Shown: piece after piece, positions 1 to 9,208 of the stretch
How positions within the stretch are numbered: position 1 is the stretch's first letter
Layout: each line of letters starts with the position of its first letter
From: a virus
Reading direction: 5' to 3' (one strand)
IMG/VR virus record: IMGVR_UViG_3300043811_000226
Length of the DNA stretch: 64,000 nucleotides
The notes under the pieces: model-generated
Databases searched by the model: none
The model's input: only the letters and a program-made list of their open reading frames with translations
What the model was told of the DNA's origin: nothing
Program-made: the position numbers and the translations under genes

Positions 1-364
1 ACTGCAGCCAGTTCATGAGCATCGGGGTCTTGTCGTTCACCCCCACGTTGATGCCGCCGTTCGAGTAGTTGATGTGGTTGCGCGTCTGGAGCAACCCAAC
101 CGACTCGATGAGGGAGATGGTGGCCATCCGCAAGATGAGCGCATGCTGGTTTCGCTGAAGAATGTCCTCGAGCGTGAACGACGTGAAGTGTGGCGTCCCG
201 TTGAAGTCCGCCATCGCGTCGTAGACGGCCCAGGCGATTTGCCGGTCGCTCGACTCCTCGCCGGCGACGATGCGATTGAGCTCAGGGAAGTCCCGATGGT
301 AGAGCCGGACCAACTGGACGAAGTCCCGGAAGGTCTGGCTCATGTTCGGGATGCCCTGGAGCAT
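1..364 (-). CDS. Partial CDS running off the window; putative head-tail adaptor/neck protein
   Basis: Hand translation from ATG 364 is open to base 1 (MLQGIPNMSQTFRDF...NHINYSNGGINVGVNDK). It is absent from the ORF track. The product is inferred from its position downstream of the capsid genes. Confidence 0.5.
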   Translation of the reverse strand, partial: MLQGIPNMSQTFRDFVQLVRLYHRDFPELNRIVAGEESSDRQIAWAVYDAMADFNGTPHFTSFTLEDILQRNQHALILRMATISLIESVGLLQTRNHINYSNGGINVGVNDKTPMLMNWLQ

Positions 365-367
365 GGA

Positions 368-688
368 TCAGCCTCCGAACGACTTCCTGCGCACCCCCGG
401 AGACGTGGTCGGCTCGGTGAGCTTGGGTGGAAGGGAAGGCGGGCGTGCCGCCTTCACCTCGAGCGCCTTCTTCCTGGCCAGGTAGGCCGGTGGCAGCTCG
501 TTGGCTGACAGCGCGCCGAGGCCGACGAGCCGCTGCAGCTCCGTACGTAGCGCGCTCTCTTTCTCGGAGGGCAGGTCACCCGAGTCACCAGGCCCGAGCA
601 GGAGCGCTCCCACGGCGAAGGTGTGGTTGACCATGCCGTGCTGCTTGAGCACCGGCGTCTCGACGTCCGTCAGGTTGAAGACCTTCAT
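368..688 (-). CDS. Hypothetical protein in head operon
   Basis: 106 aa; overlaps the upstream stop; phage-like codon usage. Confidence 0.7.
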   Translation of the reverse strand: MKVFNLTDVETPVLKQHGMVNHTFAVGALLLGPGDSGDLPSEKESALRTELQRLVGLGALSANELPPAYLARKKALEVKAARPPSLPPKLTEPTTSPGVRRKSFGG

Positions 689-1305
689 CGCCTGTTTCTC
701 CTACCCTTGCGGGGCTGACCCTCAGAGGATACTTGTTCCTGGGCAGAAGGAGCAGAGCCCTCCACTTCTCCCCCCTCTTCACCATCGGCCTGCGCCGCAG
801 CAAGGGCCTCCTCGAGCTCGGCGTCGGTATCGACCGCCTGCGAGGGAGGAACCGGTACGTCGGGTGTGTCGTCGATGGCCTTCTGCTCGGCGGCGTCGGT
901 CAGAAGGGAAGGCTTCTGCCCGGGAGGCATGACCTGTGGCATGGCCGTGTCGTCACCGACGTAGGGCGGGATGTACTGACCTACCTGCTTGTCGTCGGCG
1001 ACCGAGTCGAGCTTCGGGTGGGGGAGCAGCGGCGTGGGCGCGGCGGGTCCTGGTTCGAGGGTCGCGAGGTCGACGACGCGACCGTCCATCATGCGCACCT
1101 CGAGGATGTGAAGGGCCGCCTTGCTCCGAAAGTCCTCGAGGTTCCGGCGGAGCATGTCCTCCGTGATGATCAGAGGGCGGCCTGGCATGAGGCGCACCTG
1201 CTCGGTGCCGAGGTAGTGCTTCTTGCGAAGGGCCGCCGGCAGCTGCGCTCGGTGGGTGCGGTGTGCCGCGGCGCGCACAACGCTGTGGACTGCGTACTGG
1301 GTCAT
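685..1305 (-). CDS. Hypothetical protein with acidic C-terminus
   Basis: Start moved to MTQYAV (ATG 1305), preceded by GGAGG. Confidence 0.7.
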   Translation of the reverse strand: MTQYAVHSVVRAAAHRTHRAQLPAALRKKHYLGTEQVRLMPGRPLIITEDMLRRNLEDFRSKAALHILEVRMMDGRVVDLATLEPGPAAPTPLLPHPKLDSVADDKQVGQYIPPYVGDDTAMPQVMPPGQKPSLLTDAAEQKAIDDTPDVPVPPSQAVDTDAELEEALAAAQADGEEGGEVEGSAPSAQEQVSSEGQPRKGRRNRR

Positions 1306-1321
1306 GGGGTGTCCTCCAAAC

Positions 1322-1362
1322 GGAACGGGCGCCGGCACCGATCCGGCACCGACGCCCGCTCA
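1322..1362 (-). terminator. Long hairpin after the major capsid gene (terminator or mRNA-stabilising stem)
   Basis: GAGCGGGCG...CGCCCGTTC arms enclose a tandem TCGGTGCCGG x2 that can also pair using G-U; followed by CGTTT. Confidence 0.5.
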
Positions 1363-1391
1363 TCTTCGCGCAGAACTGGGGCGGCGTCGCC

Positions 1392-2516
1392 TTAGAACTG
1401 CGTGACGTTCGGGAACTTGAGACCGGCGTCGACTTTGTTATTCGGCGTGCCGAGCGAGTCCTCGGACACCGGCACGAAGTTCGTGAGCAGGCTGTCGGCG
1501 TTCGTGGTCGGGTTCGCGTCCGCCGAGTACAGCTCGAGCTTGCGCACCGAGGCGATGTTGATGACCGCCATCGCGATGTCCTCCCAGGCCTGGAAGGTGA
1601 TGATGTTCGCGATCTTGTCGATGTAGAACTTCGTGTTGTTCAGGACGTAGAACTTCCCGAAGAACTCCGGCTTCGTGAAGACGTACACGTTGCCGGGACG
1701 CAGGATGTCCGTCTTGACGGTACGGATGTACGCACGCCCGAAGAGGGTGTTGTACTTGTACCCGTCGACCGCCGTCTCCGACTGGAGACGGTCGCCGAAG
1801 TCCTCGAGCGTCCACTGGAGGATGTCGTCCCAGTCGACCTCCGTCATCAGCAGGCGTTCGCTGCGCAGGCGGTTGCCGTCGAGCAGCTTGAAGAGGTTGA
1901 TGACGTCGGGCCGCTGGACGGGGCGGACCGTCGCATCGTTGGTGCTGGCCGCACGCGCGAGCTCGCCCTTGCGGATCGAGAACTCGACGACGCCGGGTCC
2001 TTGGATCTGCGAGGTGTTGAGCGGGGTCGCGACGCCGCCATTCGCCTGCAGCTGCAGGGCCTGAACCGAGGCCTCGATGTTCACCGTGAACTCGCGGTCC
2101 TCGACCTCCTGGATGTCCTTCACCGAGTTCTCCTCGATGATCTTGGTGATGGGCATCTCGTAGGCGAGAAGCTCCTGCTCCGTCTTCTGGAAGATCTCCG
2201 AGCTGACGGTGTAGAAGCCGACCTCTGCCTTCGAGCCGCGGATGAACCGCGCCGTCGGGCTGCCTCGGAAGGTCATGGTGAGCGCGCGGGACTGCGGCTC
2301 GACGTCCACGATCTTCACGAGTGTGTCGTGGTTGACCGACCGCTGGCAGTCACTGCGCGTGACTTGCTCCGGCGGGATCACCTTTCGGGCGTAGGAGACC
2401 TCGCGCAGTCGGTCGCGGATGTACGAGCCACCGTACTCCGCCATCTTCTCTTTGCCCTCGGACGAACCGAGCTTCTGCGTGAAAAGCTCGTTGAGTACCC
2501 TTGCCGGAACGCTCAT
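1392..2516 (-). CDS. Major capsid protein (HK97 fold, putative)
   Basis: 374 aa from MSVPARV with AGGAG SD. Last large gene of the protease-scaffold-decoration series. Capsid-like segments (IRDRLREVSYARKVIPP, KIIEENSVKDIQEVEDREF). Confidence 0.75.
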   Translation of the reverse strand: MSVPARVLNELFTQKLGSSEGKEKMAEYGGSYIRDRLREVSYARKVIPPEQVTRSDCQRSVNHDTLVKIVDVEPQSRALTMTFRGSPTARFIRGSKAEVGFYTVSSEIFQKTEQELLAYEMPITKIIEENSVKDIQEVEDREFTVNIEASVQALQLQANGGVATPLNTSQIQGPGVVEFSIRKGELARAASTNDATVRPVQRPDVINLFKLLDGNRLRSERLLMTEVDWDDILQWTLEDFGDRLQSETAVDGYKYNTLFGRAYIRTVKTDILRPGNVYVFTKPEFFGKFYVLNNTKFYIDKIANIITFQAWEDIAMAVINIASVRKLELYSADANPTTNADSLLTNFVPVSEDSLGTPNNKVDAGLKFPNVTQF

Positions 2517-2547
2517 GGTCTTCTCCTCTCTTTTCCTGTCGTTCCGG

Positions 2548-3096
2548 TTACGAGCGCCAGCCCGAGATGAACCGGAGCTGCCCACCGTTGTTGGTGGACA
2601 AGCGAGTGACGTAGCCGACGACCGGGTCGGTGTCGGAACCCGAGAGGGCGCCGTGACCGACCAGGCCCGTGAAGTTGCGACCGCCGAACGTGATGGTGGC
2701 GATCTTCAGCGGCTGCATGACGGCCGTGATGGCCGCGCCACCATGGACGACTGCCGACGCGTCGAAGATGCGGGTGTCGCACTCGTAGTCGCCGCGCCAC
2801 AGGATGGGCATCTTGGGAGAGGAGAGGGCCTGCACGTCGTAGCGACCACGCTCGGCGAAGAGCGGGAAGCTGCGGGGCGGGAAGGCGGCGCCCGCGGGCT
2901 GGTAGGCGCCGACGGACGTGATGTCCGATGCCCGGACGATCTGGTAGGAGGAGTTGAGCGTCATCCACTCGCCATCGACCAGTGCGACGGCGTTGAGTGG
3001 ATTCGCCAGCGTGGGGTCAGAGAGGGGAAAGTCCCTGCGCTGAACCGGGAGGATGTCCGAGATGGGCGTGAAGTTGATCTTCTGCAGAGTCGACAT
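2548..3096 (-). CDS. Putative capsid decoration/cement protein
   Basis: 182 aa, beta-rich, immediately upstream of the MCP gene. Confidence 0.5.
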   Translation of the reverse strand: MSTLQKINFTPISDILPVQRRDFPLSDPTLANPLNAVALVDGEWMTLNSSYQIVRASDITSVGAYQPAGAAFPPRSFPLFAERGRYDVQALSSPKMPILWRGDYECDTRIFDASAVVHGGAAITAVMQPLKIATITFGGRNFTGLVGHGALSGSDTDPVVGYVTRLSTNNGGQLRFISGWRS

Positions 3097-3137
3097 GGCC
3101 TAGTTTCTCCTATCCGTTGGTCGTTGGTCGGAGCGGT

Positions 3138-3509
3138 TCAGCCCACGCCCCCGACGATGAACCGCTCGAGATCCGACGATGTGGCGGGAGACGAACCCGA
3201 CTCGGCGTCGTTCGTGAGTGATGCGAGCTTCTGCCCCATGTCGGGGCCTACGAGGTCGACGGCCTGTTCGACGGCGTCGAGCTTGCCCGCCTCGGCCGCC
3301 TTCTCCAGACGGGTGGCCAGGTCGTCGACGCTCGTGTCGAGCTCGAGGCCCTTGCGGTGCATCTCGCTCGCGAGCTTCTCGACCCGGTCACGTCGGTCTT
3401 TCGAAGCGAGCTTCTCTTCGAGCTCGCCGATGTACGCGCCCTGCGCTCGGAGCGCAGCGGAGGCATCGGTCAGAACCTCCGCAATCTGAGCGTGGCTGAT
3501 CTTATCCAT
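3138..3509 (-). CDS. Helical scaffold-like head protein with K-x-A repeats
   Basis: Start MDKISH (ATG 3509, AAGGAG SD); coiled-coil character; KLAS x3 and KAAE. Confidence 0.55.
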   Translation of the reverse strand: MDKISHAQIAEVLTDASAALRAQGAYIGELEEKLASKDRRDRVEKLASEMHRKGLELDTSVDDLATRLEKAAEAGKLDAVEQAVDLVGPDMGQKLASLTNDAESGSSPATSSDLERFIVGGVG

Positions 3510-3519
3510 GTGCTCTCCT

Positions 3520-4932
3520 TCACACTCTACCAGGCGCTGCCGCACGGGTGGAAGTACCCGGAGCCTGCTTCTCGTCGATGGATGCTGCGAGCTTGGTGAG
3601 AAGAACGCGCGCGGCGGCGGTCTTCACACTGGCCGCGGCGGGAGTGACGATGACCTTCTCCTCGGGAGCGGAGGCGATCTTCGGTCCGGCCTTGCCTGTG
3701 TTCTCGAAGGCGACCTGCAAGACGTTGTCGTGTTCGGCACTGAGCGCAGGCTCCTGGAAGTACTGACGCAGGTCGTTCTTCCGGTTCGCGTAGGCCGTGC
3801 CCTTGGTGTAGTCGCGCGCGGCCTCGGACGATGCAACGAGTCCAGTCGGTCCCTGCGGTGCACCGCCGGCGGGAGCGCCTCCCGACTCGCCCGCTGCGGA
3901 CGTGTCCGGGGGAACCGCGGCGCCCGCGGAGATCTGCGCCGGGTTGATGGCGTCCTCTGCCTGCTTGACCCGCGTGAGCATGTGGTCGACGAGCGATACG
4001 GGCGCGGCGCCCGCCTCCTTGCCCTTGTTCTCGGGCTCACTCTTGTGCGCGGCCTCAGCGGTCTCGAGGCCCTTCTTGGCCTCCTCGAGTCCCTGGGTCT
4101 CCTTCTTCTCGTGCTCGTCGGACGCGATCTTGGCGCGGATGAGCGAGACGACGTTCGCGTGCTTCTTGCCGTAGTTGGTCTCGATCATCTTGCCAGCGAC
4201 GGGGTGCGCCTGGTTGTTCTCCATCTGCGTGCCGCCGTGCTCGGACTTCATGGCCTTCTGCTCACCAGGGTGCATCGGCACGGTGTGCACACCCTGACCC
4301 TTGTGATCGGGCAGAGGCTTGGATGCCGTCGCCTGCGACACGCCAGAAGGGCTCGTCTGCAGGTGCTCGGTCAAGTTGTGGGGGCCGGCGAGGCTCGCGC
4401 CCTCCTTCAACAGGACCTCGGCGCAGAAGTCGAGCGCACTGGCGAGCTTCTCGACATCGAAGCCACCGAGCTTCACGCCCGACGACGAGGCCGTCTTCTT
4501 TTTGCAAGTCCCATCGTGCTTGTCCATGCCGCACGAAGCGCACTTCTCCTCGGCGGTCTTCTCCTGTTGAATGCGGGCCTCCTCCGAGACGCGCACGCGG
4601 TCACCCGAGGCGACCATCGCCTGCTTCACCAGGTCTTGCAGCATCGGACGAGCAGCCATCGATCCAGCCATGTTCTCTTCTCCTGCGGACGCCCGCTTCG
4701 GCAACATCTCAGCGCCCCGAGGGGCCATGGACTTCTGTTCGGAGGCGCCCGCGTCCATCTGTGGAGGAGCGCCCGTGTTCACCCGGGAGTAGTTCTGCCG
4801 CGGCGAGACCCCCGCCGGCCCCCGCTTCCCGGGAGCGAAGGTCGGGTCGATGCTGGGGGTCGGAACCGGGGAGGCTGCGGTCGCACCTGTGGAAGACGCC
4901 AGCGTGTCCGCGGCGCTCTTCAGATGGGACAT
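3520..4932 (-). CDS. Low-complexity K-x-A-rich head/scaffold protein
   Basis: 470 aa, GGAGGT SD, about 14 K-x-A motifs (KTAS, KLAS, KIAS, KTAA...). Confidence 0.6.
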   Translation of the reverse strand: MSHLKSAADTLASSTGATAASPVPTPSIDPTFAPGKRGPAGVSPRQNYSRVNTGAPPQMDAGASEQKSMAPRGAEMLPKRASAGEENMAGSMAARPMLQDLVKQAMVASGDRVRVSEEARIQQEKTAEEKCASCGMDKHDGTCKKKTASSSGVKLGGFDVEKLASALDFCAEVLLKEGASLAGPHNLTEHLQTSPSGVSQATASKPLPDHKGQGVHTVPMHPGEQKAMKSEHGGTQMENNQAHPVAGKMIETNYGKKHANVVSLIRAKIASDEHEKKETQGLEEAKKGLETAEAAHKSEPENKGKEAGAAPVSLVDHMLTRVKQAEDAINPAQISAGAAVPPDTSAAGESGGAPAGGAPQGPTGLVASSEAARDYTKGTAYANRKNDLRQYFQEPALSAEHDNVLQVAFENTGKAGPKIASAPEEKVIVTPAAASVKTAAARVLLTKLAASIDEKQAPGTSTRAAAPGRV

Positions 4933-4968
4933 GACCGAAACCTCCCACGATTCTTCACCGTTCCTTGG

Positions 4969-5718
4969 TTACTTCCACTCGACGGGGTAGCCCGCCGCTT
5001 CGAGCAGCTCGAGTGCTCGCAGACCGACAGCTGCGTCGACGTTGGGCGCCGAGGCGACCTTGCTCTTGCTGTCGGGAGCGAGGCCGAGGGTGACGACGGC
5101 AGCGACCTTGCGGCCGGCGAGGTCCGCATCGAAGCCGCCGTCGGCCGCGAGCTTCTTCGCCTGCTCGATGGCCATCTGATCGAGGGCCGAAGCCGCGGCC
5201 TCCTTCTTCTCCTCTTTCTTCTCTTCCTTCTTCTCCTCGGGCTTGCCCTCTTCCTTGCCCTTCATGTGGGCCTTGAAGGCCTCGGGGATCTCGGCCACCT
5301 TCGGCGTGCCGGCGGCGGCTGCCGCAGCAGCTCCCGGAGTGGCCGCGTCGGCCGCGATCTTGCGCAGCTCCTGGACGTAGGCGTGGGCCATGGTGCGCCC
5401 GAGGAAGTCTGCCTCCGCGACCTTCTCGGCAGCGGCCTTCTTCTCCTCGTGCTCCTTCTCGGCCTTCTCGCGCTTCTCCTTCTCCTCGTCCTTCTTCTCT
5501 TCGTGCTTGGGAGGAGGGAACTCGGCCGACTTCTGGACCCAGTTGTCGTAGAGCGCCTGGACCTGCTCGTCGGGCATCGACTTGAGGTCGATCTTCTGCT
5601 CGCTCGCGAGCTTGAAGAAGAGCTCCACAGAGGCCTGCTTCTCGAGGTCCTCGGCGGGGGCCGACGCGGTCTTGTTGGTGCCGTAGTGCTCGGCGAGGAA
5701 TGCGTCCATGGTGGTCAT
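4969..5718 (-). CDS. K/E/A-rich K-x-A scaffold-like protein
   Basis: 249 aa, GGAGG SD, about 12 K-x-A motifs, EEKK runs. Confidence 0.6.
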   Translation of the reverse strand: MTTMDAFLAEHYGTNKTASAPAEDLEKQASVELFFKLASEQKIDLKSMPDEQVQALYDNWVQKSAEFPPPKHEEKKDEEKEKREKAEKEHEEKKAAAEKVAEADFLGRTMAHAYVQELRKIAADAATPGAAAAAAAGTPKVAEIPEAFKAHMKGKEEGKPEEKKEEKKEEKKEAAASALDQMAIEQAKKLAADGGFDADLAGRKVAAVVTLGLAPDSKSKVASAPNVDAAVGLRALELLEAAGYPVEWK

Positions 5719-5721
5719 GAT

Positions 5722-7482
5722 TCAGTGTCCTCCAGCAATCTTGCTGCGCATGGCCTGCGTGTTCCTCGAGGGGAATCCCCTCTCCACGACGGCGTGTTGT
5801 GTCTCTTCTCCCACTTCATCCCAGAAGGCGAGCTTCAAGTAGCCCGCCGACAGAGGGGTGAAGAGGCTGTCCACCTCTGCGGCTGCGAGCTTGTGCAAAC
5901 GCTCATCGGACGGCAGCGCCGTCGAAGCGATGAGTGACTGAGCGTGAGCAACAAGTTCCATGATGCCGGTTCGGTACGCGTTGTACGCAGACCCTATCTT
6001 ACGCAAGAGTGGAGAATAAAGGGAAGAAGCGGACGAGCGCTTTTCTTTGAGGGGCTCGGAGGCAACCAGTACCCTCTTCTCGACAGCCGGTCCTAGTGCT
6101 GACCGAGACGACAACAAAGACATCAGGAGTCGCGCCAGAACGGGAGAGAAGAACTCTTCTCCCATGGGTACGGGCAGAGCCTCATCGCTCTTTGGAAAGA
6201 CGGTGCCTTCACGTTCCAGCTTGTCGGCGAGAGGACGCTGTCCCATCTGAATGAGGATGATGCGCTGAAATTCCCGAGGCCTCAGCACCATCCCGAGCCC
6301 TGATGGCGTGGAGAGGGCGCTCTCCAGAGAAGAAGCGCCTAGCGCATCGAGCACTTCCTTGGGCAGGTCCTTCTCATTCTTCGTGAGCACAGGCACCGCC
6401 TTGCCTACGAACTGGCTCGGCATGACGTCCTTCACGATCTCGGCGTCCTTGTCCTTCGCCTGCTTGCCTAGGAAGGCCATCTTGAGTGCGTCGGTCGGTG
6501 CACTGGCTGTCTTGCCAACAACACCCTCCGGAGCGAACTCCGGCAGAAGAAGCTCGTCTCCATCGGAATAGCCGAGCTTCTCCGCGAGCTCGGCGCCGCT
6601 CAAAAACCAGTAGCTCTGTCCTGCTCCTGCAATCTTCATCATCGTCTTGGCTGTCTTGTCAGCGCCGATGAAGACGAAGCTGATGTCGAAGAAGCTCGGG
6701 TAGTCGTTGTAGACGAAGATCTTCCTGCCGTCGGGCAGGATGCGATTCATTGCGCGCTTGGCGTGGTCGCAGTAGTCGTTGCGCGTGATGGACACGCCAC
6801 GGATGCCCTTGCCGTTCTTCTGGATGAGGGCCTTGTGGTAGCGCAGCACGGCGTCACCAGGTGCCTTGTCTCGTCCAGGAGAGAACATGGACTGCGCTTT
6901 TCGATACGTGTCCCAGTCCAAGCAGATGCTGCACGTGTCGAAGGGCACCTTGCAGCCCATCGATACATCCGGGTACTCACCTGCCTGGAGCTTGTCCCAG
7001 ACGCCAGTGCCTCCAAACTTCTGGCAGCGCTCGGAGTCGACGCGCGCTACGAGTTCGACGCGCTTCATTCGCGGGTTCCACGCGGCGAGCTCCACCTCAC
7101 CAAAGGCGCGAGAGGCGTCCTTGTTCCGATGGTGCGCGTACGGGTGAGCGGAGTAGAACGTCGGGAACCCGTACGGCCAAGTCTTCGCTCGGATCTTGTC
7201 GATGAGCGGATTGCCGGTCCACTCGTCGGGACGGTGAATGAGCGCGGTCTCCGGGAAGTAGTCGCCGTTGATGTTCGAGCCCCAGTACTCGCCCGCGCCC
7301 ATGGCGTTGAGCAGCACGTACTGCGCATCCTTCTGCGGCTTGAGCGTATCGATGTACCGGACCACTTCCGGTAGCAAGTAAGGCGCGGCCGTCTTCTCGA
7401 AGACGGGGGCAGAAGGACCGAACAGCGGGATGGCGTTGTGCCCGTCTTCGTCCTCGCCCTGGAAGAAGGCAACCTTGAGCAT
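5722..7482 (-). CDS. Prohead (capsid maturation) serine protease, assemblin/HK97-type clan SH, with C-terminal extension
   Basis: His region YAHHRNKD, catalytic-Ser-like DVSMGC, and FDISFVFIGADKTA resembling the EvSlV..PA segment; canonical position in the head module. Confidence 0.72.
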   Translation of the reverse strand: MLKVAFFQGEDEDGHNAIPLFGPSAPVFEKTAAPYLLPEVVRYIDTLKPQKDAQYVLLNAMGAGEYWGSNINGDYFPETALIHRPDEWTGNPLIDKIRAKTWPYGFPTFYSAHPYAHHRNKDASRAFGEVELAAWNPRMKRVELVARVDSERCQKFGGTGVWDKLQAGEYPDVSMGCKVPFDTCSICLDWDTYRKAQSMFSPGRDKAPGDAVLRYHKALIQKNGKGIRGVSITRNDYCDHAKRAMNRILPDGRKIFVYNDYPSFFDISFVFIGADKTAKTMMKIAGAGQSYWFLSGAELAEKLGYSDGDELLLPEFAPEGVVGKTASAPTDALKMAFLGKQAKDKDAEIVKDVMPSQFVGKAVPVLTKNEKDLPKEVLDALGASSLESALSTPSGLGMVLRPREFQRIILIQMGQRPLADKLEREGTVFPKSDEALPVPMGEEFFSPVLARLLMSLLSSRSALGPAVEKRVLVASEPLKEKRSSASSLYSPLLRKIGSAYNAYRTGIMELVAHAQSLIASTALPSDERLHKLAAAEVDSLFTPLSAGYLKLAFWDEVGEETQHAVVERGFPSRNTQAMRSKIAGGH

Positions 7483-7491
7483 GAACGCGCG

Positions 7492-7974
7492 TTACTTCTT
7501 CTTGCCGCCAAGCGCGGCGCGCGTGACCATGTCCCCCATCGGAGAGCGCATCTTGTCGCGAAAGTTCAACGTCTCGACGACCTTGCCACCCGCATGCACG
7601 GGGTCTTCCATCATCTGACGTACGTAGCTACCGGCCACCGTGGGGTCCTTCGAGAACTGCGGGTTGAATGTGCGCAGCGTCGAGAACATCCGGTTTACCA
7701 GCCGAGGGTCCTCCTCGTGCTTGGCTGCAACATCCGGGTTGACCTCGAGCATCGCACGGAAGTCGCGGCTCTTGGTGGCGGCGTCGTAGATCGCCCCGGC
7801 AGCAGCAACTCCGCCCCCAACGGCAAGCGCGCCGGCGGCGCCCATGGCACCACGGCCGAGCGCGGCGCCCATGCGCCCCGGGTTGCTGAGGCCGGAGCCT
7901 GCCATGAGCCCTTGCCCGAACGACGCGGCCGTCTTCGTCTTCAGGTACTCCGTGACGGGATTCTCACTGCCCAC
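7492..7974 (-). CDS. Small Gly/Ala-zipper virion protein
   Basis: Start moved to GTG 7974 (GAGGT SD); KTKTAAS near the N-terminus; hydrophobic GAALGRGAMGAAGALAVGGG segment. Confidence 0.6.
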   Translation of the reverse strand: MGSENPVTEYLKTKTAASFGQGLMAGSGLSNPGRMGAALGRGAMGAAGALAVGGGVAAAGAIYDAATKSRDFRAMLEVNPDVAAKHEEDPRLVNRMFSTLRTFNPQFSKDPTVAGSYVRQMMEDPVHAGGKVVETLNFRDKMRSPMGDMVTRAALGGKKK

Positions 7975-9163
7975 TTTGGACCTCGTACTTGTGCCGGAGG
8001 TGCGCCGTCGTCCCCGGGATGTTGCGCGCGACGAGGTCGACCGCGCCTCGCGCGCCACGCGCCGGAAGGCTCGGGCTGTTCTGCATGTGGGTGTAAGCCT
8101 CCATGCCACCGATGCCGATGGCAGCTTCCGGCAAACGTGAAACCACCTTCTCGGCCACCGCACCCGCTGTAGGGCCGACTGTCTTCTCAACGAAAGGGCG
8201 GATGGCCTTGCCTGCCCCCGTGCTCACTCGAGAGGCTGTGTTGTACATGTCGGCGAGAGACGCCTGCTTGAGGTAGTGATCGAGATGCGCGGCGTGCTGG
8301 CGGAGCTCGCGCTGCGCTCCGCGCGTCTCGGCGAGCTTGGAGAGCACCGTGCAGAACTCCTCGAACTCGACGATGAGCGGGTGCTCGGTGTTCACCACCC
8401 TGGCGCTGGCGGTCTTGTCGACCGACGCGACCGCGGCTTCGAGCGTGTGAAAGACCCCGTCACGCAGCAGCCGCGGCGTGATCAAGGAGAAGGCCACCTT
8501 GATGTGATCCGCGCTCGGAGCCACCGTCGACCAGGCCTGCATCACATCACCCAGGCTGACGTCAGAGAGCGCCGCCTGCTTGACCTGGTGGTACACCCGG
8601 TCCCCGAGGTCGGCGTACATGACCTCTAGGCCATCGAGCTGCGTCTGCAGATGGTCCTCGGCGCCGGCGAGCTTGTCCTTCAGCTCGATGACTTCCGAGT
8701 GCGGATTGGCGTAAGGCAGCTCCGTCTTCAGGTCCGCACCGAAGATGGCACCGAGCTCACGCTCCGCGACGTCCGACTCGATGCTGGCCGTCTTCGGCGG
8801 TGCGTCGTAGTCTCCGGTGCCGCGATCGAAGACCGAGCCCCCACCCCCATCGTTCAGGTCCTGCAGGATGGCCGCCGGGTCGGCGGGTCCGCCCGGGAAG
8901 TCGACCACATGGTGCGTGGCGCCTTCCTTCTTGAAAGCCTCGAGGTAAGCCGCCGTGTTGGCAAACTCCGCTACCCTCTTCACCTGCTCGGGAGAGAGCT
9001 GCGCCTGCTTGACCGTGGTGACGACAGCGTCGGTCAGGGTCTTGTGCTCCCCCGCAGTCCAGTCGGCAGCCGCCTTCTTACCCAAAACCTCGAGGTACTC
9101 GCCCGAGTGGGAGTGTGCGTTCATTTGCTGCATCAGGCCGTGCCGGGGAAGGTCACTCATCAC
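7964..9163 (-). CDS. K-x-A-rich head protein
   Basis: 399 aa, about 9 K-x-A motifs; first gene of the head operon. Confidence 0.65.
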   Translation of the reverse strand: MMSDLPRHGLMQQMNAHSHSGEYLEVLGKKAAADWTAGEHKTLTDAVVTTVKQAQLSPEQVKRVAEFANTAAYLEAFKKEGATHHVVDFPGGPADPAAILQDLNDGGGGSVFDRGTGDYDAPPKTASIESDVAERELGAIFGADLKTELPYANPHSEVIELKDKLAGAEDHLQTQLDGLEVMYADLGDRVYHQVKQAALSDVSLGDVMQAWSTVAPSADHIKVAFSLITPRLLRDGVFHTLEAAVASVDKTASARVVNTEHPLIVEFEEFCTVLSKLAETRGAQRELRQHAAHLDHYLKQASLADMYNTASRVSTGAGKAIRPFVEKTVGPTAGAVAEKVVSRLPEAAIGIGGMEAYTHMQNSPSLPARGARGAVDLVARNIPGTTAHLRHKYEVQSGQ

Positions 9164-9185
9164 TCACCAGTCCCTTCACAAGGAC

Positions 9186-9192
9186 TAGAATA
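9186..9192. promoter_or_regulatory. Overlapping divergent -10-like hexamers (TAGAAT on +, TATTCT on -)
   Basis: Both hexamers lie in the 45-nt gap between divergent genes 9163(-) and 9209(+). Confidence 0.4.
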
Positions 9193-9208
9193 GACCAGGG
9201 CTAAAAAC

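Noticed and set aside
2517-2585. N-terminal extension of the MCP from the ORF track
   Set aside because: Overlaps the decoration gene; the internal ATG 2516 has a clear AGGAG SD.
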